A stretch of 64,000 bases of DNA from Verrucomicrobiota bacterium. Its GTDB lineage: Bacteria; Verrucomicrobiota; Verrucomicrobiia; Palsa-1439. Positions within the stretch are counted from its first letter, which is position 1. Every line of letters starts with the position of its first letter. Below, piece after piece: positions 38,638 through 49,058 of the stretch. The notes under the pieces are model-generated. The model saw only the letters and a program-made list of their open reading frames with translations. It made no database searches and was not told where the DNA came from. Position numbers and translations under genes: made by a program. Location of the stretch: contig VHCW01000016.1 of NCBI GenBank assembly GCA_016871575.1, forward strand, positions 133 to 64,132, given 5' to 3'.

Positions 38638-39180
38638 CTACATTACCTTGCCGAGCCGGGCGCGGGCGTCCACTGTCGCAGTTGTGGCGAGGACCTCGCC
38701 GAAATAGAGGCGATGAAAACCGCCGCCGGCGTAGGCGTTGTGCATGATTTCCTGCGGCAGCGTTGTGGGATCCATGTTGTTGCGATGGACAATGGAACAT
38801 TCGTAGCTGATCAGCGCTTCCTCGATGACCGGCACGCGAACACGCTGGGCGGGCGACGGTGTGAGCCTGGCGCGGGCGAACTTGTCCGCCTTTCGTCCCG
38901 ACTCCGTGCCGCAGATTTGGAGTGCCGCGCGAAGCTCGGTCGGGAGGACGTTGACGGTGAATTCGGGAACCTGTTCCAGCCGGCTGAAGGTGTGGCGGCT
39001 AGGGCGCACGAGGACGATGAGGATCGGTTTGCCCCAGATGATGCCGCCGGTCATCCAGCCGATGGTCATCGTGTTCGGCTGGCCGTCGTCGCCGAGGCTG
39101 TTCAGCAACACGCCGTCGCTCATCAGCGCGGAGATCGTTTCGGTCCAGAGGTTAAAGTGTTGGATGGATTGTTTCGGCAT
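38638..39180 (-). CDS. Flavin reductase-like FMN-binding split-barrel protein
   Basis: Family-level similarity. The six-frame start overlaps the upstream gene by 29 nt; the true start may be the second Met (39123). Confidence 0.65.
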   Translation of the reverse strand: MPKQSIQHFNLWTETISALMSDGVLLNSLGDDGQPNTMTIGWMTGGIIWGKPILIVLVRPSRHTFSRLEQVPEFTVNVLPTELRAALQICGTESGRKADKFARARLTPSPAQRVRVPVIEEALISYECSIVHRNNMDPTTLPQEIMHNAYAGGGFHRLYFGEVLATTATVDARARLGKVM

Positions 39181-39685
39181 GGATCAGTTCCTTCAGGGGA
39201 CGCCGCGGCCGGCGGCGCGGAGGTTCGGCGGCGTATCCAATCGGCAAGACCGCCACGGGACGTCGGCCGGCCGGCGCGTTCACGATGCGCGCCACGGCTT
39301 CATCGTCGTATGCGCCCACCCAACAGGTGGCGAGGCCAAGCGCCGTCGCGGCAAGCTGCGCGTACGCGCAGGCAATCGTGGCATCCTGCACGGCGTAGAG
39401 GTTCGCCCCGCGCGCGCCGTAGCGTTCGGCGTTGCGGGCCGGGTTGGTCAGGAACACCAGCGCCACGGGCGCCTCGGCGATGAACTGCTGGTCCCACGCG
39501 GCCTTGACCAGCGCTTGTTTTCGGGGGGCATCGCCGACAACCACAATCTCGTACGCCTGCATGTTGCCGGCGGACGGTGCGTCATTGGCGGCTTGGAGAA
39601 TGCGCTGGAGGTCGGATTCGGAGAGCAGTTTCTTCTGGTACACGCGCGCCGAGTAACGTTGTTGGAATGTCTCGAAGAGTTCCAT
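39152..39685 (-). CDS. Nitroreductase family protein
   Basis: RYSARVYQ ... APSAGNMQAYEIVVV motifs. Confidence 0.75.
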   Translation of the reverse strand: MELFETFQQRYSARVYQKKLLSESDLQRILQAANDAPSAGNMQAYEIVVVGDAPRKQALVKAAWDQQFIAEAPVALVFLTNPARNAERYGARGANLYAVQDATIACAYAQLAATALGLATCWVGAYDDEAVARIVNAPAGRRPVAVLPIGYAAEPPRRRPRRPLKELIHAETIHPTL

Positions 39686-39692
39686 CTCGTTC

Positions 39693-42155
39693 TCAGGTTG
39701 CGTTGGCGGCCATCTGGTGGAAGGCGAGTTTGCCGTCCTCTACGGTCACCTCGACGGTCTCGCTGGGCTTGATGTTGCCGCGCAGAATCTCCTCGGCCAC
39801 CGGGTCCTGCAAATACCTCTCGACCGCCCGTCGCAACGGGCGCGCGCCAAACTGCGGGTCGTAGCCTTTCTCGATGAGGAACTCCGTCGCCGCCGGCGTG
39901 AGCACGATCTCGACGTCCTTGTACTTGAGGCGGCTTTTGATCTTGTTGACTTCGAGGAGGACGATCTTCGACATGTCGGCCCTGTTCAGGTTGCGGAAGA
40001 CGATGAGGTCGTCGAGCCGGTTCATGAACTCGGGCTTGAAGGCGCGCTTGGCTTCTTCGAGCAATTTGCCTTTCATCTCCTCGTAGGTGTGCTCCTCCTT
40101 CGAGGGGGCGAACCCCAGGCCGGCGCCTTTGCGGACAACTTCCGCGCCGATGTTCGAGGTCATGATGATGACGCAGTTGCGGAAGTTCACTTTGCGCCCG
40201 AACGAATCGGTGAGATGCCCGTCTTCGAGAATCTGCAGCAGCATGTTCATCACGTCGGGATGCGCCTTCTCGATTTCGTCGAAGAGCACGACGGAGTAGG
40301 GGCGGCGTCGGACCTTCTCGGTCAGTTGGCCGCCTTCATCGTAGCCGACGTAACCCGGCGGCGAGCCGACGAGGCGGGAGACGTTGAACTTTTCCATGTA
40401 CTCGCTCATGTCGAGTTGGATCAGCGAATCCGCGTCGCCAAACATGAACTCCGCGAGTGCGCGGGCCATGAGCGTCTTGCCGACGCCGGTGGGGCCGAGG
40501 AAGACGAACGAGCCGATGGGGCGGGTCGGGTCCTTGAGGTCGGCGCGGCTGCGGCGGAGCGCCTTGCTGATGGCCGCGACCGCTTCGTCCTGGCCGATGA
40601 TGGTCTTGCGAAGGTCGTCTTCCATGTGGAGCAGTTTCTCGGCGTCCTTCTGTTCCATCCGGTTCAACGGGATGCCGGTCCACTTGGCGATGATCTGGAG
40701 AATGTCGTCCTCGGTGATGATGATGGACTTCGCGTCGCGCGCCTGCCGCCACTCGGCCATGACCGCTTCGAGCCGGTCGCGCGCCTGTTTCTCCTTGTCG
40801 CGCAGCCCGGCGGCCAGCTCGAAGTCCTGCGCCTTGATGGCGGCTTCCTTTTGTTCCTTCAGTTGCGCAATCTCGCGCTCCATGTTCTGCATGTCGGGCG
40901 GGCGCGTGAGCGACTGGATGCGCGCGCGCGCGCCGGCTTCGTCCACCACGTCAATCGCCTTGTCGGGCAGGAACCGCCCGGTGATGTAGCGGTCGGAGAG
41001 CCGCGCGGCGGTCGCGAGCGCCTCGTCGCTGAACTTGGCCTTGTGATGGTCCTCGTACTTGACGCGAAGGCCCTTGAGGATCTCGACGGTCTGCTCGACC
41101 GTGGGCGGCTCAACGATGACGGTCTGGAAACGGCGTTCGAGCGCGGCGTCTTTCTCGATGTACTTGCGGTACTCCGTCATCGTGGTCGCGCCGACGACCT
41201 GCAATTCGCCGCGCGAGAGCGCGGGCTTGATGATGTTGCTGGCGTCCATGGCGCCCTCGGCGCCGCCGGCGCCGACGATGGTGTGGAGTTCGTCCACGAA
41301 GAGGATGACGTTCTTGGCGCGTTTGATTTCCTCCATGACGGCCTTGATGCGTTCCTCGAACTGGCCGCGGTACTTCGTGCCGGCGACCATGAGCGCGAGG
41401 TCGAGGGTGATGACGTGGCGGTCGTGGAGGATCTCCGGCACGTTGCCGAGGGCGATTTCCTGCGCCAGCCCCTCGACGATGGCGGTCTTGCCGACACCGG
41501 CTTCGCCGAGCAGGACGGGATTGTTTTTCGTGCGGCGGCAAAGAATTTGGATGACGCGCTCGATTTCGTTTTTGCGTCCGACGACCGGGTCAAGCCCGCC
41601 CTTGCGGGCGAGGTCGGTCAGGTTGCGCCCGAACATCCGGAGGGCAGGGGTTTTGCCCTGGCCTTTTTGCTGGGGCTGGTCTTCGCCTTCCTCGCCGCCC
41701 TCGGTGGGGACGAAGTTCGGGTCGAGTTCCTTGAGGACTTCGTTGCGGCAACGCTCGATGTCAATGTCGAGCGACTTCAGGATGCGGGCCGCGGCGCCTT
41801 CGCCTTCGCGCAACAGGCCGAGCAGGATGTGCTCGGTGCCGACGTAGTTGTGGTTGAGTTGTTTCGCCTCCTTCTGGGAGAGCGCGAGGACTTTCTTGAC
41901 GCGCGGCGTGTAGGGGATGCTGCCGAGCATCTTGGTCTCGGGGCCGCTGCCGATTTGTTTTTCGACTTCCATGCGGACCGTTTCGAGGTCGAGTCCCAGT
42001 TTTTGCAGGACGTTGACGGCGACGCCCTGGCCGAGTTTGATCAGGCCGAGCAGGAGATGCTCGGTGCCGACGTAGTTGTGATTAAAACGGTCCGCTTCCT
42101 TGCGGGCCAGCGCAAGCACCTGCTGCGCTCGCGGCGTGAAATTGCTCATTTCCAT
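39693..42155 (-). CDS. clpC: ATP-dependent Clp protease ATP-binding subunit ClpC
   Basis: Two Clp-N repeats, two AAA+ modules ([17 protein letters not shown]), and a UVR-like segment between them. Confidence 0.9.
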   Translation of the reverse strand: MEMSNFTPRAQQVLALARKEADRFNHNYVGTEHLLLGLIKLGQGVAVNVLQKLGLDLETVRMEVEKQIGSGPETKMLGSIPYTPRVKKVLALSQKEAKQLNHNYVGTEHILLGLLREGEGAAARILKSLDIDIERCRNEVLKELDPNFVPTEGGEEGEDQPQQKGQGKTPALRMFGRNLTDLARKGGLDPVVGRKNEIERVIQILCRRTKNNPVLLGEAGVGKTAIVEGLAQEIALGNVPEILHDRHVITLDLALMVAGTKYRGQFEERIKAVMEEIKRAKNVILFVDELHTIVGAGGAEGAMDASNIIKPALSRGELQVVGATTMTEYRKYIEKDAALERRFQTVIVEPPTVEQTVEILKGLRVKYEDHHKAKFSDEALATAARLSDRYITGRFLPDKAIDVVDEAGARARIQSLTRPPDMQNMEREIAQLKEQKEAAIKAQDFELAAGLRDKEKQARDRLEAVMAEWRQARDAKSIIITEDDILQIIAKWTGIPLNRMEQKDAEKLLHMEDDLRKTIIGQDEAVAAISKALRRSRADLKDPTRPIGSFVFLGPTGVGKTLMARALAEFMFGDADSLIQLDMSEYMEKFNVSRLVGSPPGYVGYDEGGQLTEKVRRRPYSVVLFDEIEKAHPDVMNMLLQILEDGHLTDSFGRKVNFRNCVIIMTSNIGAEVVRKGAGLGFAPSKEEHTYEEMKGKLLEEAKRAFKPEFMNRLDDLIVFRNLNRADMSKIVLLEVNKIKSRLKYKDVEIVLTPAATEFLIEKGYDPQFGARPLRRAVERYLQDPVAEEILRGNIKPSETVEVTVEDGKLAFHQMAANAT

Positions 42156-42164
42156 TGTTCCACC

Positions 42165-43274
42165 TCAAACATGCTCCGGTTGACTGTCCGCAGGCGGCTC
42201 CGCGATGTCTTCGCGGGGCTGCGGCAGCTCTTTCAATCGCGCGCGAATGACATCGGCGCGGGACAGATCGCGTTCTTCCGCCGTCAGCTTGCGGGCCACG
42301 GCTTTCTGGACGTGGGCGGGTTGCGTGAGGATGAACAATTCATCCATGGCAATCTGCGTTCCCGTGGGGAACAAACCCAAGTCCGCCCCCATCCGCACCA
42401 TGCTCAACAAGTTCAACGCTTCCTTCGAACTCATCGCGCGCGCGTTCGTCAAGATGCCGTACGCGCGCCCGATCTGGTCGTACACCAGGCGCGGTTTCTT
42501 TTCCAGCAGGCTGAGGCGCGCGTTCTCCTCGTGCTCGATGATCTGGAGCACGACCTTGTTGAGGCGCTCGATGACTTCCGCTTCCCGCTCGCCGAGCGTG
42601 GTCTGGTTGGAAATCTGGAACACATTGCCGAGCGCCTCGGTGCCTTCGCCGTAGAGGCCGCGCACCGCCAGGCCCAGTTTGCCCACCGCCTGGATGACCT
42701 GGTTGATCTGTTCGCTGAGCACCATTGCCGGCAAGTGCAACATCGCCGAGGCGCGCATGCCCGTGCCGACATTGGTCGGGCAGGCCGTCAGGTAACCGAG
42801 CCGTGGCGAGAACGCGTAATCCAAGTGCAGTTCCAGTGCGCTATCCACCTTGTCGAGCACCTTGTAGGCGCTCTTCAATTGCAGGCCCGACTTCAACGCC
42901 TGCATCCGCAGATGGTCTTCCTCGTTGATCATCACTGAGAGGGTCTCGTGCTCGTTGATGACGACGCCGCTGCCGACGTTGCGGGCGGCGTGTTCGCGGC
43001 TGATCAGGTGCCGTTCCACCAGCAATTGTTTGTCCAGCGCGGAAAGGCTGTCCATCGAGGCGCTGAACCCCGGCGACATTTCCGGCAGCCGTTCCACCGC
43101 CGGCAGCATCGCGGCCAGGGCGCGCTGGCGCTCCGGTTTCTTGGCCCAGCCGGGAAAGGCGAATGCACACAGGTTGCGCGCGAAACGGATCCGGCTCGAC
43201 AGCACGATCTTGCGCTGCGGGCCTTCCGTCTCGACCCATTCCATCGGGTTCTTGAGAAACTCGTTGAGGTTCAT
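42165..43274 (-). CDS. mcsB: Protein-arginine kinase McsB
   Basis: Phosphagen-kinase-like motifs NEEDHLRMQ and CPTNVGTGMRA. Start ATG (43274-43272) overlaps the mcsA stop. The six-frame ORF has a 165-aa unconserved 5' extension that is discarded. Confidence 0.85.
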   Translation of the reverse strand: MNLNEFLKNPMEWVETEGPQRKIVLSSRIRFARNLCAFAFPGWAKKPERQRALAAMLPAVERLPEMSPGFSASMDSLSALDKQLLVERHLISREHAARNVGSGVVINEHETLSVMINEEDHLRMQALKSGLQLKSAYKVLDKVDSALELHLDYAFSPRLGYLTACPTNVGTGMRASAMLHLPAMVLSEQINQVIQAVGKLGLAVRGLYGEGTEALGNVFQISNQTTLGEREAEVIERLNKVVLQIIEHEENARLSLLEKKPRLVYDQIGRAYGILTNARAMSSKEALNLLSMVRMGADLGLFPTGTQIAMDELFILTQPAHVQKAVARKLTAEERDLSRADVIRARLKELPQPREDIAEPPADSQPEHV

Positions 43275-43774
43275 GCGGCCTTCAGTTTTGTCTCCAGCGT
43301 GCGGATCTCGTCGCGGATCGCGGCGGCCTCTTCGTATTGCTCGTCGCGGATGAATTTCTGGAGTTGTTCGGCGAGCTGTTTGATCTTCTCGTTGATGACC
43401 AGCGTGTGCGCCGCTTTGCCCGGCACCTTGCCGACGTGGCGGTCGCCCTTGTGCATCGCCTTCAACAACGGCCCCAAGCCGTCCTCGAACACCGTCCAGC
43501 ACTGCGCGCAACCGAATCGCCCCATCTTCTTGAAGTCCGCCTGGGACATTCCGCAGGCCGGGCACTGGATGCCCGGTCCTTCCACCGGCTTTTCCTCCTC
43601 CGTCGCCGGCGGCGTGAAACCGGCCAGCAACTCCGCGAGCGAAAACGCAGCCGAATCCTGTACGCCCTTCGTCTTCGAGCAGCCCTCGCACATGTCCACC
43701 TTCAATATCTTGCCCTCCACGATCTGGGTGAGGTGGACGGTGGCGTCGGCTTTTTTGCAAATGTCGCACAGCAT
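43271..43774 (-). CDS. mcsA: McsA (CxxC zinc-finger plus UVR-domain activator of McsB)
   Basis: CDICKK..C.GC zinc fingers; C-terminal UVR motif EEAAAIRDEIRTLE. Confidence 0.8.
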   Translation of the reverse strand: MLCDICKKADATVHLTQIVEGKILKVDMCEGCSKTKGVQDSAAFSLAELLAGFTPPATEEEKPVEGPGIQCPACGMSQADFKKMGRFGCAQCWTVFEDGLGPLLKAMHKGDRHVGKVPGKAAHTLVINEKIKQLAEQLQKFIRDEQYEEAAAIRDEIRTLETKLKAA

Positions 43775-43778
43775 GAGG

Positions 43779-44654
43779 TTACTTTGTCGCGATGGACGTT
43801 CCTTCCGAACGCGTCAGTTTGTGGAACTCGGCCATCAATTGTTTCGTGACCGGTCCCGGTTTGCCGGCGCCGATGGGGCGGCAGTCCACGGTGGAGACCG
43901 GGACGATTTCCGCCGCCGAGCCGGTGATGAAACATTCCTCGGACGTCATCAGGTCGTACCGGGTCAAGTGCGCCTCGCTCACCGGGAGGTTCAGTTTCGC
44001 GCCCAGTTCGAAGACCACGCCGCGCGTGATGCCGATCAACGCCCCGTCGCTCACCGGCGGCGTCTCGATCCGTCCGCCGCGCACGACGAAGATGTTGTCG
44101 CCCGTGCACTCGGCGACGTTGCCCTGCGCGTTCAACATGATCGCCTCGATGGTTCCTGCGTGGATCGCCTCGATCTTGGCCATGATGTTGTTCAGGTAGT
44201 TCAACGACTTGATGGCCGGGCTGAGCGCCGCGGGATTGACCCGCTGCGTGCTCGCCGTGATCAACTCGATTCCTTTCCGGTACACCTTCTCCGGGTACAA
44301 CGCGATTTTGTCGGCGATGATGAACACCGTCGCCTTCGGGCAATGGAACGGGTTCAGCCCCAGGTTGCCGACGCCGCGGGTGACCACGAGGCGGATATAA
44401 CCGTCGTGGATGCTGTTCATCCGGCACGCCGCGCAACAGGCCTTGAGCAATTCCTCCTGCGTCATCGGAACCTTGAGCATGATCGCCTTGGCCGACGCAA
44501 ACAGCCGCTGCAAATGCTCGACGAGCCGGAAAATCCGGCCGTCATACACGCGAATGCCCTCGAACACGCCATCGCCATACAGCAAGCCGTGATCGAACAC
44601 GGAGATCTTCGCGTCCGCTTCATCCACAAACCGGCCATCGAGAAAAATTTTCAT
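43779..44654 (-). CDS. ilvE: Branched-chain amino acid aminotransferase (class IV)
   Basis: Class IV aminotransferase pattern throughout. Confidence 0.88.
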   Translation of the reverse strand: MKIFLDGRFVDEADAKISVFDHGLLYGDGVFEGIRVYDGRIFRLVEHLQRLFASAKAIMLKVPMTQEELLKACCAACRMNSIHDGYIRLVVTRGVGNLGLNPFHCPKATVFIIADKIALYPEKVYRKGIELITASTQRVNPAALSPAIKSLNYLNNIMAKIEAIHAGTIEAIMLNAQGNVAECTGDNIFVVRGGRIETPPVSDGALIGITRGVVFELGAKLNLPVSEAHLTRYDLMTSEECFITGSAAEIVPVSTVDCRPIGAGKPGPVTKQLMAEFHKLTRSEGTSIATK

Positions 44655-44804
44655 GTGAGAGTAGTCCTTGGGTGACGCAGGTATTTACCCCAGAGCCATC
44701 CCTCCTGCAAGTGTGCAATTGGGGTTTGAGAGTAGATGGCAGGTGGTCGGTGGGAAGACGAGGTGCCTTGTCTGCGCAGCCTGGCTTGTGTAGGTTGAGG
44801 CGCG

Positions 44805-45272
44805 ATGAGCAAAGGCATACGAGACCGGCTGCTGGTGTTCCTGAAAGCGCACCGGGTATTGACCGTGGCAGTGACCGACGGCGAAGGCAGACCGCACGCC
44901 GCCGCGCTGTTCTACGCGGTGGACAAGGAACTTCGTTTCTACGTCGTAACCGAGCCATCCTCCCAGCACGGCATGGCGATGCTGGCCCGGGGCGAAGTGG
45001 CTGGCACCGTCCAGCGCGACGAACAGCAATGGCGCGAGATTCAAGGCGTCCAATTCCACGGAGCCTGCCGGCAACTCGACGGCGCGGAGCGCGTGAAAGG
45101 TTGGACGCTGTACACCGCGCGTTTCCCGTTTATTGCATCGGGCAATCTGTTGCTGACAAGCGCCCTGACCAAGACGGCCATCTGGCGGATCGAACCGGAG
45201 TGGATCCGTCTGATAGACAACCGGATTGCGTTTGGCCACAAAGAAGAATGGCGGCGCCATCGGCGGCAATAA
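44805..45272 (+). CDS. Pyridoxamine 5'-phosphate oxidase-family FMN-binding protein
   Basis: Split-barrel family similarity. Confidence 0.65.
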   Translation: MSKGIRDRLLVFLKAHRVLTVAVTDGEGRPHAAALFYAVDKELRFYVVTEPSSQHGMAMLARGEVAGTVQRDEQQWREIQGVQFHGACRQLDGAERVKGWTLYTARFPFIASGNLLLTSALTKTAIWRIEPEWIRLIDNRIAFGHKEEWRRHRRQ

Positions 45273-45316
45273 ATTTCAGTTGGCTACATTTTGTGACCAA
45301 CTGACCTTCGGCGTAG

Positions 45317-45350
45317 CCACTAAAAACACAACAATCCACAAAAAGAAGAG
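45317..45350 (+). repeat. Copy 1 of a ~34-bp A-rich repeat GCCACTAAAAACACAACAATCCACAAAAAGAAG followed by a degenerate TTCCGTG-like tract
   Basis: Near-identical copy in inverted orientation at 63618-63651 (7 mismatched positions over the 33-nt copy-1 span). Produces the spurious shared peptide ATKNTTIHKK in ORFs 45226-45429 and 63405-63650. Confidence 0.5.
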
Positions 45351-45490
45351 CTTCCTTTTCGTGCCGCTGTTCTCCGCCGTGGCAAGCGGGACGCTTGCCC
45401 GCCGACAACCGTTTCGGCAGATGTTCTAACGGGCGGTCGGAACACAAGAAGAAGCTGGCAGCGGGGTGCAGTTCGCCGTTCGCGTGTTGG

Positions 45491-46534
45491 TCAGATGGCG
45501 AAGACGGCCTTGATGGTGACGGAGCCGTATGCGTCGCGGCCGCCGGGCTGGTTTTCGAATCGCATGCTGCGAATGACACCGGTGAAGCTGGCTTCGACAT
45601 GCTGGAAGAGCAGGATGCCAAATCCAAACATAAAGTCGCCAACAACGCTTTTCTTTTCCACGCTGAGGCTGTCGGTAAATGAGTTGCCATCGAGGAAAAT
45701 ATCGCGGGCGACGACGCGGCCTTCGCCGCCGACGAAAGCGTAGCAGGAAAACCACTCGGGCCTGTCAACCTTGATGGGCGCGATGGATGGCGCGGGTCCG
45801 TCAATGAGGCTGATGCCGAAGTCCTGCGGCAGGTTGTAGCCGAGGCGCAGGAAGGCGCCCGCGTTGGCGTCAATGCGGATGTTCCCCAGGTCAGCGCCGA
45901 CATGCGGGATGAAGTCGAAATAGCGGCCCAGTTGCTCATTGGGCGTCAACCGCCAGTAGCGGGCATACTTGGCGATGATGGCGGGTTCGTTCTTGAGTTG
46001 GTGTTCCCAGCCGTTGGGGCGTGCCCGGTTAATCCATTTGTGCCACTGGCGTTGGATGACATCGCCCAAGGCGGCAGGGCCAACGACTCCGAGGGCGAGT
46101 TCGTAGCTGTCGAGCGTGGGAATGCCGTTGAGGGTGACGCCGCGCCGTTGGAAGATGAAGCTGCCGTAGAGCCACCCGGCGTACGGTTCATCGCCGGGCA
46201 CGGGGTCAAAGGTGTCTGTATCGAACGGCGTGTACATGTTTTGGCCGATGGCGAACCCGACATTGCAGGCTTCGTCGCGCAAGCCGAGCTTGGGCATCCA
46301 CCGGTTCAGGGGGGGGGCGATTACGGTGAAATCCTTGTCGCCGCCGATATACATGATCTTTAGCCCCTGCGAGTAATGGCGGTCTTGGTTGCGGAAGTTG
46401 AACGGATTGGCGTAAAGGTCGTTCTCGGTGGTCACGACCAGTCCCGGCGCGCGCGCTTCACCGGCGGCACGGGCTGTCGCGGCGGCAACCATGACGGTTG
46501 CCAGTGTGAGTAGAAACAATCGCTGAGCTTTCAT
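45491..46534 (-). CDS. lpxR: Outer-membrane lipid A 3-O-deacylase-like protein (LpxR family)
   Basis: Signal peptide MKAQRLFLLTLATVMVAAATARA; beta-barrel-like alternating pattern; family-level resemblance only. Confidence 0.55.
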   Translation of the reverse strand: MKAQRLFLLTLATVMVAAATARAAGEARAPGLVVTTENDLYANPFNFRNQDRHYSQGLKIMYIGGDKDFTVIAPPLNRWMPKLGLRDEACNVGFAIGQNMYTPFDTDTFDPVPGDEPYAGWLYGSFIFQRRGVTLNGIPTLDSYELALGVVGPAALGDVIQRQWHKWINRARPNGWEHQLKNEPAIIAKYARYWRLTPNEQLGRYFDFIPHVGADLGNIRIDANAGAFLRLGYNLPQDFGISLIDGPAPSIAPIKVDRPEWFSCYAFVGGEGRVVARDIFLDGNSFTDSLSVEKKSVVGDFMFGFGILLFQHVEASFTGVIRSMRFENQPGGRDAYGSVTIKAVFAI

Positions 46535-46630
46535 GCAGGGTTCCTTGAACAGAATTAAACAGGCGGGAATGTATCGAAGACATCGTTGATTGCAAGCAAT
46601 TCCTCGATGCACAAATCGGGGGGTGATGCC

Positions 46631-46658
46631 TTGCAAACCGGGTGAGACGTGCTAAAGT
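46631..46658 (+). promoter_or_regulatory. Candidate sigma70-type promoter TTGCAA-16-TAAAGT for the small exported protein gene
   Basis: Seen in sequence ~50 bp upstream of the RBS AGAAGGAG. Confidence 0.3.
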
Positions 46659-46709
46659 CTGCCAACGTTCGGTGGAGCTAAAACCCAATAACCAGAAGGA
46701 GATTGTAGT

Positions 46710-47039
46710 ATGAAGAAAGTAATCGGAATGATAGTGGCGGCGGTCGTGTTGATCTCGGCCAGCGCGGTGTTCGCGCAATGCGGTGGCTGCCCGAGCCAAG
46801 CCAAGGCCAAGAGCGACAAGCCTTGTTGCGTCGCTTTGGAGAAAGTGAAACTGACGGACGCCCAACAGGCGAAAGTCGCGGCACTTCAGAGCGAGTGCAA
46901 AGGCATTTCCTGCCCGGTCGCGACCCAGAAGAAGATGGCCAAAGAGCTCAAGACCATCCTCGACAAGAAGCAGTACAAGCAGTGGGAACAAGCCTGCGCC
47001 GATGCCAAGAAGTCCGGCGGCACCTGCCCGTCCAAGTAA
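46710..47039 (+). CDS. Small exported cysteine-rich protein (109 aa; 9 Cys) with an LTxxQ (CpxP/Spy/ZraP-like) motif
   Basis: Strong RBS AGAAGGAG; signal peptide; LTDAQQAKV motif; rho-independent terminator downstream. Confidence 0.6.
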   Translation: MKKVIGMIVAAVVLISASAVFAQCGGCPSQAKAKSDKPCCVALEKVKLTDAQQAKVAALQSECKGISCPVATQKKMAKELKTILDKKQYKQWEQACADAKKSGGTCPSK

Positions 47040-47071
47040 CGATACGCGCCTTTTTGCGCTGAACCTGTGGA

Positions 47072-47102
47072 CCCCGACGTTTTTCGTCGGGGTTCGCTTT
47101 TT
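47072..47102 (+). terminator. Rho-independent terminator (CCCCGACG-TTTTT-CGTCGGGG followed by TTCGCTTTTT)
   Basis: 8-bp GC stem plus T-tract, 33 nt after the stop codon. Confidence 0.6.
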
Positions 47103-47144
47103 GCAGTTGAGCCGATGAGTCGCTTCGCATAGAACGAGACTGCC

Positions 47145-49037
<1,893 letters not shown>

Positions 49038-49058
49038 ACGAAGCAGGAAATACCAGTC

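Noticed and set aside
42165-43769. 165-codon N-terminal extension of the mcsB ORF overlapping mcsA
   Set aside because: It is an unconserved Gly/Arg-rich read-through; the true McsB start (MNLNEF) overlaps the mcsA stop by ATGA.
44655-44804. Direct repeat TGAGAGTAG at 44657 and 44736 in the ilvE / PNPOx divergent promoter region
   Set aside because: A short 9-mer occurring twice 80 bp apart with no symmetry, most likely chance.
45226-45429. ORFs 45226-45429(+) and 63405-63650(-) sharing the peptide ATKNTTIHKK
   Set aside because: They are translations of the A-rich inverted repeat in intergenic DNA. They have no RBS or coding bias, and the second lies in a promoter region.
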